From positions 105,820 through 169,819 of the forward strand of contig NMRA01000108.1 in NCBI GenBank assembly GCA_002633005.1: a DNA stretch of 64,000 nt, given 5' to 3'. Position numbers and translations under genes: made by a program. The stretch is from Phoronis australis (taxonomy: Eukaryota > Animalia > Phoronida). This document shows positions 45,611-64,000 of this stretch, piece after piece. The notes under the pieces were generated by a model. The model was not told the origin of the DNA. It worked only from the letters and a program-made list of their open reading frames with translations, and ran no database searches. Numbering within the stretch: the first letter of the stretch is position 1; each line of letters opens with the position of its first letter.

Positions 45611-48600
45611 TTAAAACAAACATTAAGTGTTCGCCCTCTTATACAGTAACTAAGATGGAGTCTATGCTTGTGCTGTCGTGTCTTAACGAACTCAACTTTA
45701 CAGTATTTGGCAACAATCTCCTACCGTGACTTTCAATCACATTCCAATATTTTGCCGAACAAGCTTTTTGGATTCCAAGTTGGACTTTTATCAACTGAAA
45801 TGAAATATATCACACTCAACAGTACAAAGAGTTAAAACTTCTTGAAAAATAAACAAACGTTAATTGTTTCATCTTTTATACACCATAACTAAGATAGATT
45901 CCATGCTTGTAGTGTCGTGTCTTAGCGAACTCAACTTTACAGTATTTGGCAACAGTTTCCTTCAATGACATTCAATCACATTCCACTGCTTTGCCGAACA
46001 AGCTTTTTGAACTCCAAGTTGGACTTTTATCAACTGAAATGAAACATATCCCACTCAACAGTATGAAGAGTTAAAACTTCTTTAAAAATAGACAAACATT
46101 AAGAGGCAGTCCATATAAAAACCAGTAGATTTTCAAAAATCAGTCTATACGTCAAAATTTAAAACAACTTCATTTTTTGTACATGGGTAGGCATCCTAAC
46201 AAAAACCCAAATGCCAAATTTTGTGCACTCAACGACACCTAATTTCGCCGTTGGAGCATGATAACACAAAATGGCACAATTGGGCATATTAGCCGTCTCA
46301 AAAATCGCATGTTTTCAGCAACAAAAATGAGTAACATACAAAATAGATCAAAAGCTATATTTTGGTGGCTTAAATAACCAACGTATACTGTGCATAATTC
46401 TGTGCCATTTATTAAAATCTGACAGTTTTGTGCTTTACAGGGGAGATAATCCACAGACCACTTTTTGGGGCTCATTTTAGTGGCCATTTTTGTGACCTTC
46501 TTACTGCCATAAAACACCTTGTAGCCTTATGTGACGTTTTGAACATACAGTTAAAGAGTTAGTCTTGATGACTGACTAATAAGAAATCTTGCATCAACTT
46601 TGCACTTCAGTGAAAATTGTCTTGCAATACTGTCTCTTTTCATAGTTTGGAAATGACGAGCAGTGTTTACAGACCATTTGAACAACGTTTTAGGCAAGAA
46701 GTCTGCTTTAAATAGTTATAGAAACCAAGTCTGAACTCTTTCAAATGAAAACAAGATGTTTTCCGGGTTTATTACGCGGCTAGTGTCAAAACTGAGCCCG
46801 ATGACCTTTGCCAACTGAGGGAGTCAGTTGATGTTAAGCTTGAGGATATATAAAAAAATGTACGTGTAACCGTCTTATATTCTTTCATTTCTTTTACATT
46901 ATCAAGTTAATTTAAACGCTCTGAAGAACTTTTAAATGGAAATAAATGCCTTTAAGATTAAACAAGTAAGAATTGATATTTGTAATGACTGGTTTTGAGA
47001 GAAGCAAGTGCATTTTAAAAAGACTAAATGGCGGACGATGTCGATGGGCTTCATGTTCCTTTAGAGTTTATTCTGCAAAAAATCCGATCAAAAAAGCTTT
47101 GTGCTTCAGTGAGTTATGTCAAAGACACCACTGAACATTTGAGATACAGGAAAGTACCTCACAAAGCAAGGCCTGTGCCAGAGTACGGACTCGTACTACC
47201 CCGAGTCGGTGAATTTCTGACTGAACAGGACCAGTCATGGAAGAGTCAGGTAATGCTGGATGTTACCACTCTGCTCCTCCCCCCCCCCCCTGAAAGTAGC
47301 AGCCTTGTCAAATTCTACTGGCATTTCAGTTTCGAGATATGACTTTAGTGAAAGTCAGAATGGAAAGGATCTCTGTGATCGCAAGATCGCTCCACTCAAA
47401 CAACATGCGAAGTACTTTGTAGCCGAAGGTAACAATATCATAAACTTTCTAGATTTGAAAAAAGCATTACTTTCCAGTGGCCGTGTGAAAGGATGTTATG
47501 TGTATGTATGTTCAGTCAATGCAACAAAGTCTTTTCCAAAATACTAAGTTCCTGGTATAAGAACATTCCTAAATTCCCACTATTCCACCCCAGGAATTCG
47601 CGTGTGGAAATCATTCCATGTAGGTGACGGTAAGTTCTTATAAATACTGAAAAAATGGGAAACCTATTTCTCTAAAACACACTAACATCTCTAGACATGG
47701 CGGATTTTCAACACCAAGAGTTGAGGTTGACATTGTATCTAGTGAAGAGCCTCAACAAAAGTTCTCTTGTACCCAGCAAGGTTACTCGAAATTTTTTGCT
47801 ACAGACGCAGAACTAGGTCAGCATTTGGATGTGGGTAACCACACTGAACATTTATAGAGGAAAACCACGTATGACCACATCGCACGACAGTTGTCAGAAA
47901 TGCTTTCAGATGCAAGAACCGGAGCGTCATTTAAGGCAGCCTCAGAGTACTATTTGAATGAGACGATTGCTGAAGCAATACATGTAGGTTAGGCATTGAA
48001 AAAAGGTAAAAGGTCAACGAGATTTTCAGTGAAGGTTAAGAACTTTCTGACGAACATATTCGATGAAGGAGATAAGTCAGGTAAAAACTTTCACTCTCGG
48101 AAGTGCCAAAATGGAGGAACCATTACGAGAACCCACTGGGAAAGTGTTTACCTGTGATTTTAAGTGAATCGCAGATTGGTGGATTTTTTCGGGGTTGTCT
48201 GCAGAAATGTTTATGTCGATGCTATTTCTGGTGAAGATGCTGTTATGTCGTCAGATTTACTGAATGAAGTGGTAAATGAGCTCAACGTTTAGCCTTGTTT
48301 TGTAGCATAACAACCAGTCAAAGATATGTGATGTATGAAGTCGAGACCGTTACTTCTGTTTACTTCATGTCAGTCATGAATGAGACATTAATAAAATTGT
48401 CTCTCGTGAATTATTTTCAATTGACTGTGAATGTGTACCTTTTTATCCCGCTGGTGACCACACTGGCAGAAATATTCAGCGTTAGGGTACCCGGTGTGTG
48501 GGGGGTACACCAGATTTCTGACGACTGGTGGCGACTAAAATTTGTAGCAACCAGCAGGGACATTACAATATGAAGCCAAAGTTACAATGACTATTGACAA

Positions 48601-49790
48601 GTTGAAGGATTTTTTGCACTGAACACTAGGGGGCCATATCCACCTTTGAGTGCCTTCCTTTGCCTGTGGCACGAACAAGGCAGATAGAAAACAAGAGTAA
48701 GGCAGGGGTGAGTTCAGTAACACTAGAACCTCTCTAACATTTATCCAAAACCATGTGTGCTCATTTAAAATGCATGGCAATATCTCGCGAAGTCTTGAAT
48801 TATAGCAAGGTCCTCGTGTTACTGTTTTTATACTAGATGCGTCTTCAGTCTCCACGTAAACAAAGGCAGCGCCATCTATCATTTTGAAGCACGCATGCCA
48901 GTTGATTTACGTACATATTTTTTGTAATCATCAATGCCGTTTTCAGAGAATGGTAATTAATAATGCTGTCTGACTTTTCTCCAAAATACAAGGTTTTTAT
49001 GTCGTCGCAAGGTAATTATGTGTTCCAAGAGCCCCCTATTGGTAGCAGAGGCAACTGAGAACATGCGGAAGGACGGAGTGCAGTTCGTGTAATGCTTCGT
49101 ACGCAAAAACTACATTAGAGGCAAGATTTTTTATTTTAGATTATGAACAGGTTAGGAATGACTGAACAAATTATTATAAAGTCAATTTCAGGAAAGATGC
49201 GTTATGGCTGTTACAGAGTGCCAAATTTGGCCGAAAATGGCTTCAGTGAAAACCTGAAAAATAGCCGTTTTTGCCTCACAAATTCAAAACGTACAAATTT
49301 AAAAATGGATTTTGAAAGTTATGCCATTAAATTATTCAGCCATTGCCCTTTCAATTCGTATAATTCATTTGTTTTGACCGTACTATACATGCTAGTAAAA
49401 TGCATTCAAACATGCCTATTTCGACGCCCAATTTTGTTGCAAAATGGAGGTACAGGTCATAAAAAGAAAAATAATGAATGAAAATTCTTAAAAAGTGAGG
49501 TTTTTCTACATCTCAACAAACCAAACTCTTGTTTCAAAAAAATCTGTGATTTTGGGTATAGACTCTACCTGTTGGTTTTTATATGGAGTCACTCTTAATT
49601 GTTTCATCTTTTATGTAATACACCATAACTAAGATAGATTTCATGCTTGCGAACTTAACTTTATAGTATTTGGCAACAGTTTCCTTCAATAACTTTCAAT
49701 TTTTCCAATACTTTTCCAAGCTTTTGGACTCCAAGATGATATGAAATACATCGCATTCAACATTATCACGATTTAATTTTTTTACAGAAT
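45611..49790 (+). repeat. ~239-bp tandem repeat, 3 units; the third is split by the Sola3-like element
   Basis: taactaagat..atgcttg..cgaact.aactttacagtatttggcaac starts at 45647, 45886 and ~49626. Confidence 0.75.
46103..49594 (+). mobile_element. Sola3-like DNA transposon, internally deleted, with degenerate transposase
   Basis: TSD TTAA (46099-46102 and 49595-49598); GAG...CTC termini; TIR gaggcagtccatataaaaacca vs tggtttttatatggagtcactc. Frameshifted transposase remnants at ~47240-48200: SGNAGCYHS, RYDFSESQNGKDLCDRKIAPLK, GIRVWKSFHVGDGK, HLDVGNH, ALKK...TRFSVKVKNFL. Confidence 0.8.
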
Positions 49791-51619
49791 AATTTGTCCA
49801 CACAACGTCTCGTATCCATTAGTGATGGTCTTGTTCCAAAAAGTTAGAATCGGTGTTTGAAGGCAATTTACAATCTCAAAATGGGAACACGACAGGGTTG
49901 TGAGGATACCTAACATCTTGGACAAATCCAGAGCGTTTGTGCAAAGAAACAAAAGCAAAAGAAAGGAGCCTTGAGTACATGTATTCTTCCATCACATGTA
50001 AATTATCCTTGTCGGGTGATAAGCATTGAGTTTATTCCATCGAAAATTTCAGGCACCTGAATGACATATAATCAACGGAATGGACACCAGATGTGGTTTC
50101 TTAGGATGACGAAATTCAAAACGCCATATCGTTATGCCTTGTTATGTCCACTGGAAAGCAATGAGGATGTCAAATATCATAAAAATGTGACTCTACTATT
50201 GTTCTACTCAAAACAGCAAATTCATAATTGTCCCTATCCCTGAATAGATACAAGAATTCTCATGCACTGATGATTCCATAAAAATCTGACGTCACCAACC
50301 AGATTTTTTCCAATTTGCATTCGCGTGAAGGTTATCTCAATTTCTTGTAAAAAATATTTCACGCTGACATGCTCTATAAATGGTGGTGCTCCAGGAACGA
50401 GACTGAAGCAGAGCAGGCTCCAATTTCTTTAATTTCTTCCATTCTTGGCAACTTCAAATAACTGCGATAGATGGCATTGCCCGCCTGCAAAGGTGTGTGA
50501 AAACTGTGCTACTGAATGTATTTCAGGGCAATATACTTTCCCCCATTTTGTGCAACAGAATTGGTCATCAAACCTTTCCGGTCCCTTTTATTCTCATTTA
50601 GGGGCATCTACAAACACTGAAAATGCGATTTTTGGCCAGATAATGATTTGAGTTTCAGATAGGTGTTAAATACAAGGAACGGTTTTATGAAAAAAAATTA
50701 GACACACAAAGAGGGATCCGTCTGAAATTGCTTGATGATGTCTTGTTTTCTGAAAAAAACGTGATTAAGCGTGTCGTGGTTACTTTACAGTTAACACATG
50801 TTTTACTATCGATGCTATACTGCCAGAAGTTCGAATGCTTCATGCATAGTAAATGGCACGATATCTGGTAAAATGTATAGACGAGAAAGTTGTTGATTGT
50901 TTAAACAGTCACAATTTTAAACTGGGCGGTTCATGGAGGTTGAGTGTCTCAGTGCATTCCTATCTAATTAGCTCTTGAGGGGCCTTACACGAAACACGTT
51001 AATGAGTACATCCCGGCACGCAGCAACAGCGTAGCATGTTGACTGACTTGTAAACAAAAGCAAACGACGACCGAACTTATCACAACCGAGGTAGAACAAT
51101 GACTGACTCGACAGCTCTCACAGTCAGACTCTAATGAAAAGAAATTGGCGCGAAACTCTTGCCTCCCAAAACGACACTTCCGGAGTAGAGGACGAAAAAT
51201 TAATCAAATTACGAAAAGCTGTAATTAAATGAAAAATGTGTCTGGGATAATCAACGAACCTTATTTTTGCTAAAAGTGACATGAAAAACTATTGCCTTCG
51301 CCTTTAAGTACCCGTGACTGCTTGTGCGAAATTGCGATTGCGTGCGCTGAAGTTAATAATTTCGAAGTACAATTACACCACTGTCTAAGATTGAAAAGTG
51401 AGTTTTTTGATATCTTTCTATAGAAAAAGCTTTACTCTCTCTGATGAAATCGTTTGTTTTCTTTTAAATGAAACTTTACTCCTGATATTAGTCCGGGGAT
51501 GGAGACCAAAAACGGCGGTTTAGCTACTGTAGTTGTCCCTTCCTGGTTATCTCTTCCTGCTTGCACTAATATACTTTGACACCAAGTGAGATTTTGCCTT
51601 CGAAACACTTCATAACATG

Positions 51620-51785
51620 CCCAAAACACGAGCGTTACATTACAAACACTAAAGCACGAGTGAAAAATAACACCGTAAAATTAAGAACGAATATACGAGT
51701 GTAAAATTACGAACGTAAAATTATGAGCGAAAAATACAAGTCCAAAATTACGAGAGAAAAATAAAAATCCAAAATTACGAGCGTA
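51620..51785 (+). repeat. Degenerate ~12-13-bp tandem array (aaaattacgagcg-like), probably a transposon subterminal array
   Basis: Repeated aaaa(t/c)(t/a)acga(g/a) units. Confidence 0.5.
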
Positions 51786-52563
51786 CGCCTGCTTCAGAAC
51801 TCACGTGACCTACACACCAATTTTTTATTGAAATGTCGGATGTAATTACAAGTGTAATTATGTGGGTCACTTTCACCCGAACGGCCAACGGTATACATGT
51901 ATGCTACCGATCGGCCGGGTGTGCATAGAGACAGCCTCGGCAAGTAAACAGCCGGAAGTTGATAAGCACAAGCTGACCATTGTGGCAAGCTCCATCGTGG
52001 CGCTCTGAAATGCATTCGACAGCCAAATGAGTCCCAGGATTGGCCGCTGCGAATTTCGAAAAAGTTTCTATATCTCGATAAATGCACCGTATCGACCTTT
52101 GTAATCGGTTTCAGAATTGGCCTTTTGAAAATTTTGCGTGCCGCGGCAATGCAGCAGCGTACCAGCAAGGTGTGCACGCCGCATTCGGCAGACGGTTCAC
52201 GTCCCCGGCCTGTAGTTGACGACTCTTCTTGTGGCTATCTATGAGGACAGTGAGTGCTTTTTACCCACCTCCTTCCGCCGACCGGGAAATGGTGGTGCCT
52301 GCTGGCGAGTTGGCTCGAAACCAAGACTGGTTTTTTATAGCACATTCAAGTCAGGATACTGTATCGAAAACTACGGTATTTCTTCCCGCTACATTGAAAT
52401 CTGTGTTAGCACCAATGAGGTCGACGGTCGAATGCCTCTAGCGGCATTATTTATCAGTTTGCGTTTGTCGCGAGATTTAGCGAGACCACCGTTTTATACT
52501 GTTTACAGCGGTAGCTATTGAGAGATATCAGTGTCGTGTTTTGTAATATCTACGTAAATAAGA

Positions 52564-52745
52564 GTGCCTGGAAGATGTTGTGTGCCTTTATGCCACAACG
52601 AGATAGAGCGGAACAAGTTTCCTAAGAATAATGACCTCGGGAAGAAGTGGATTGTCGCTGTCAAGCGAGTTGAACGGACACCGGGAACCGCGACCGAACG
52701 ACGTTGTGACTTGTGTGTTATGAACACTTCAGAAGCGAGGACTAC
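52564..52745 (+). pseudogene. THAP zinc-finger remnant of a DNA transposon, within a ~3.5-kb block (~50920-54440) absent from unit A
   Basis: VPGRCCVPLC...KFPK...KKWIVAVKR, then after a frameshift LVCYEHFRSEDY: the C2CH THAP signature. Confidence 0.7.
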
Positions 52746-55700
52746 CGGCCAGCGGGGAAGTTTGTTGAGCAACTAATAACTGTGGCGAAAAAGTGACAAC
52801 TTCGAATATTTCGATTATGATACACCCTTACCCGTTGCGGTCAGATCAATTTTTCAGTGAAAACTTTTATTGTCATCTCGAAGGGACAGGCATGAAAGAC
52901 TGCAAGGGATGACCTACATGTATTTGAACCGAGGTCAGATCATCTGTGCGTAGATTCTACGTCGGAGGCTATTTGTCAAATATTGAGAGGGATGTATTTA
53001 CTTCAAAAACAGCAACGTTATTTCTAATGTTATTGTTTTCTTTATTATTTTTTCATTTGGCTTCTGCAGTTATTACAACTCTCAACAAATGACGTAAAAG
53101 CATCTTGGTAGTGACACGGTGCCGCAGTGACTGTGGACTGTATAGACTGTAGACCAGAAAATTTAGTGAAATGCCAGCTCCACAGTCAGAACCTAATATT
53201 ATTTCATCCAAGTTTTAAAAAATTGATGATGATTGATTTTAATGTGCCAAGTTTCCAGTTGAGAATCATTACGACATCGTTAATTGTTTAATTCATTTTC
53301 CTTTCATAATTATTTCAAGGATCTAAATACTTGCAGAAAAAAGTATTGAAGAACGCGGAGGCAATGGCCTCTCATTCTCTATGACAACTGAGCACTTCCT
53401 GTCCTTACCACAAGCTCAATAATTAAACCTTGGTGAACACGTTACATTTTATGCATTTTGACCAAATGCTGAACATGTGTACCTAATTTTTTAGTTCAAG
53501 AAGCCTAGTGTCCCCACATTCAAAAAACGTTCAGCTGTCGATTCGATCAGAAGTTAGCCAGTTGTTCGTATTGCACAGTATAAGTTTTTTAAAAAATCAT
53601 TTGTAATTTTTCATTAGCAGTTTGAAGAATTTAGCACAACCTGCCATGGTTCATAATTACAAAAAATTACATCATAAAAGTGCCTATTGGCTTCAGTTAG
53701 CTTGTGTGTGATTGCTAGACTTGATAAATGTGATGATTACAAAAATTGAAAGCCAAAATGATCTAAAATGTAGTTTCAGAGGTCTTACATTTTTGTACAT
53801 TCCAGTGCTATCATACAAGTGTTTTTTCTTCAAAAACTTGAATTACCGAGTTGGTGCTTCAATTTTTCAGATTTTGGACAAATCGCCCTGGCTTTTTTTG
53901 TTTCCACTGCCCATATTTTCCACATTATGGAGAAAAAATAAAAAAATGGCTAAAATCCATACGAGCAAACAAAACGCACTATGGCGGCACTCAGTTCTTT
54001 GCGACAGGGAAAGGGTAACTTCATTTTCCCCCAGTCGGTCCTGCATATGGTAGTTCAGTTAGTGATCAGCAAATAATTGAGCAGAGTGGGTTGCTAGAAA
54101 AACGGGAGTTGTTTGACAGGCAGAGGTATTATAGTACAGGATCCTTCTGCAATACGAAATATAAAGGTAAATATACCAAACCCCAAGAAGGGGAAGAACC
54201 AACTAGATAGTCAAACTGGTAAAAGACAGAGAGATTGCATTTAAGCAAATTCATTTAGAGTGTGTTAAACCAAATTCTTTACAATTCTGAGAAAAAATGC
54301 CTGCGTATAAACTCCATCTAGCCGGTGAAATTATTTACATGTTTTTATGTATAACTTCAGGGAAAGCATCATTGGAAAAGATGCTTGAACTGTAATCGAT
54401 GCTTTCAAAAACTGACAATAACTAAGCATCTTCGACCCAATTAGCCAACAGACATTAGAGAATTGAGGACTTTTAGGATCTTCATTAAATGAAAGATAAT
54501 GTAAAGTACATAATCAAAACTTAATTGAAGACGACTAGTATTTCATTTTCGTTTACACCTGGCATTATATTTAAGAACGCAGTTTCCAAGTGAGTCCTCC
54601 CCTCTAGACTTGTCCTAAACTATCCTGAAGCTCTGGCTAGGTTTATTTATTAGGGCACTAGATCGTCGCAGGAGTTCCCGCCAAATATTGTGTGTAACTG
54701 CTTGTAGAATTATCGCCCTCGGTGCGCCCGCATAATGCAGTGTTATTCCCCAACACCACGTCAAGATATTTACTGGACACGTTTGAGTGATTGACGGCGG
54801 ATCATTTACCACGAAAAACTCCTTTTTAAAAACATTTGTCAATTTTTATCATACTTCATATTCACATCATCGCTAGGTATTGCGCTTCTATCCAATTTGA
54901 CCAAGCAATCACACAGATAAGGAATTAGCGTGCAAGTTCCTCAAAGGCGGCGGCACTACTGAACTGGGTTCTAATGCTGCCTCGGGTTTCCGCCAAAATG
55001 CTATTCAGCAGGCGTAGATTAACAAAATGGCTTCTTCATCGGTCGTAAAGGCCATGTCAGGCTGATTATGCAATATAAACTATGTTACAGCCGTATATCT
55101 ATTGTTAGACAATCACACTATTAAAAGGTTGCAATAGCGATGACACTACATGTTGGATTAAGACTAACAATGAAGTTTAAGACGGCGATGGCTATGATCA
55201 AAAAACAAGGGCCCTCAGACAATGCAAAAGTTTAAGAAACAAAAAATTGGTAGATGCAGATGACACCCTCTGCAAATCCCAGTAGCGTAAAACATTTATC
55301 TGTGAAAGCAATTGTTCACCTCGTTGGCGACTGGTTTCAAGTTCAATATCACCGATTGTGAAATTCGTTTTGGTCAAGCACGAATGCAAAGTAAAAGGGT
55401 ACGAGATTTGCATGCGTTTTAAGTCAGGCGCATTAATACTTTAATAGAAAAACAGTCTTTTGATCTAAAGCACGCGAAAAAACATCAAGTACCTTGTTTG
55501 CCTTGGGGCAGTACAGTATCAAGTCCTAGGTACAAAGACCATTCTCGTATTCTGTCAGTGATTGGAAATTGAAAACACTGCCAAACAATAGAGCGAAGGC
55601 ATACATAATTTGAACAGTATTTCTAAACTTAAGACAAATTATGACGATTACTACAACTTTAATTTTGAAAAGTTAATCATTTTGTTAGATTGCAAACAAG

Positions 55701-56477
55701 TCCTGCGCAAATACTGATACCCAACAAGCAATGAAAATACTGACTTAAATTTGGCAAGATATCCCTTTAAAATGTACCTATCTCAAGGTATTCGACCATC
55801 ACACGTCGAAAGCACTTAGTTTTAAGGTCCAAAATTTATACTCAACCTTTTTTGACCGACTACTGGACCACGGGTACAATGGGTAATCTACGACCATGAA
55901 TTTTAAATCTGATTTACATGATTAATCGCCCAGTGTGAAGGGGGGGGGTCTATTTCGGTAACGTTCCTAAGAGCACAAACGACTTAATGCACAGTTTCAT
56001 TAAATTGGTAGTGCTCAGAAGTCGTGACTTAAGAAGTGCTTGACGTCCATTAGTATACCGGCATTTGAAAGGTGCAAATAAACTAGTCAATTGTCACCCT
56101 ACTTAAACAGCAATAACGTATTCAAAGATTTTTCGGAATATACGATATACCTTTCAAGTTATCATACCAGATCAAAGGGCGGTGTTTTTGTTAAGGTATT
56201 TCTAAATTAATTTCATAGCAGTCTACCTCAAAGTTGCTGTCACAATTGTTCAGTCAACGGCATGTGGGAATGGTAATATATTCTTTGTTTATAAAGTATG
56301 TTTGTGACATGTCGTGACATGCATGGCAGTGGGTCTAAAGAACTCATCTTATTGCTGAAACTTTTCGTGATGGCCACAGGGTCTGAAGCGAACGTTACTT
56401 TCTTTGATCTAAACAACCTTCTGTTGCAGCAACACGACCTGACTTCATGTCAAGATTAACCGACGTCCGCCAAACCC

Positions 56478-56485
56478 TATATAAA
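56478..56485 (+). promoter_or_regulatory. TATA box of FReD copy B
   Basis: TATATAAA in the same context as copy A. Confidence 0.7.
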
Positions 56486-56546
56486 CAATAAGTACTCCCT
56501 TGTATTTCACGAATCGGTTTGTTTCCTAAATTTTTGTTAACCAATC

Positions 56547-63370
<6,824 letters not shown>

Positions 63371-64000
63371 GTGAGGCGAAATACAAAACTGATAAGTTAC
63401 ACTCGTTCTAAAACCGTAGTAACGTAACTCTAGTAAATCATTTAACTGCTATTTCTACACTTCTTGGTAATTGCATTAAAGTCAGTGTAATTTGACGAAT
63501 TTAGAAATCACTTTCCTTTGGCGCCGCCAACCATTTATTTCATGGTTGTTTGCCTGAGAAAAAGTCATAAATTATTTGTTCATCTTCAATCGTAGTGAAC
63601 CTCTCAGGACTCGTAAAGAGGTATATTTTAAGCACTGAGTCGCTTGTATTTCATTTACAGTTTAAATTCAAGTAAATATTATTTGAAATAACGGCGGTCG
63701 CTTAGGTGTAAATGGCTTTTGACAACTTACAACATTTTTACAGATATTGCTGTAACTGGTGATTTAGTAAATACATGTATGTGAGTTTTAAATTACCTGT
63801 TGACTACGAACAGTGAAAATGTTTTGATATGCTATTTGAGTGGAGTTATAGAAAGTTAACATATAAGTTTTTAAGCAAACAGTTATTTTACAGTCGAATC
63901 GATTACAATGAACACTGTACATACTTTTTTAAAACTTTGGTTGTAAGGGAATATTGCTGTAACAAAATCAAATAGTACACACACAGATCAGTAGACATGC

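Noticed and set aside
45611-46100. CRISPR-like or other spacer-containing array (also considered for 22690-24000 and 51620-51785)
   Set aside because: Units are similar along their whole length or are TE heads; there are no unique spacers or cas genes, and the context is eukaryotic.
51924-53383. P-like element from CATAGAG to CTCTATG around the THAP remnant
   Set aside because: Similarity stops after 8 bp and the flanks (gggtgtg / acaactg) are not a TSD.
54640-55100. Second Crypton-like fragment (gtagaattatcgccctcgg, similar to ~61886)
   Set aside because: Only ~19 bp of similarity and no palindromic partner found.

Overview
Eukaryotic, AT-rich, intron-containing genomic DNA, most likely from a marine invertebrate (species cannot be determined from sequence alone). 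There are two assembly gaps, 21827-22417 and 24510-25114. The only host genes are two tandem paralogs of a secreted fibrinogen-related-domain (FReD) lectin: signal peptide, short Cys-flanked coiled coil and fibrinogen C domain, tachylectin-5/FIBCD1/ficolin-like but without a collagen domain. Copy A (31842-38672, 6 exons, 288 aa) is complete. Copy B starts at 56547 and its exon 6 lies beyond the window. The genes sit in a tandem segmental duplication (unit A ~26490-38900, unit B ~38900->64000), and unit B is greatly inflated by insertions. The rest is mostly transposon debris: a solo LTR, a CR1/L2-type LINE split by an L1/Tx1-type LINE, a near-full-length RTEX-like LINE, a P-like element (7-bp TSD), a Sola3-like element (TTAA), Kolobok/THAP relics, 5-bp-TSD hAT-like MITEs and Helentron/DINE-like elements. 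Two features stand out. (i) A 1.6-kb nested palindromic element in intron 2 of copy B has two convergent tRNA-like Pol III cassettes flanking a near-perfect central hairpin and a T4 run. (ii) A stop-containing relic of exon 5 in copy B appears to come from a third paralog, pointing to mosaic or recombinant FReD genes. All alignments and mismatch counts were done by eye.
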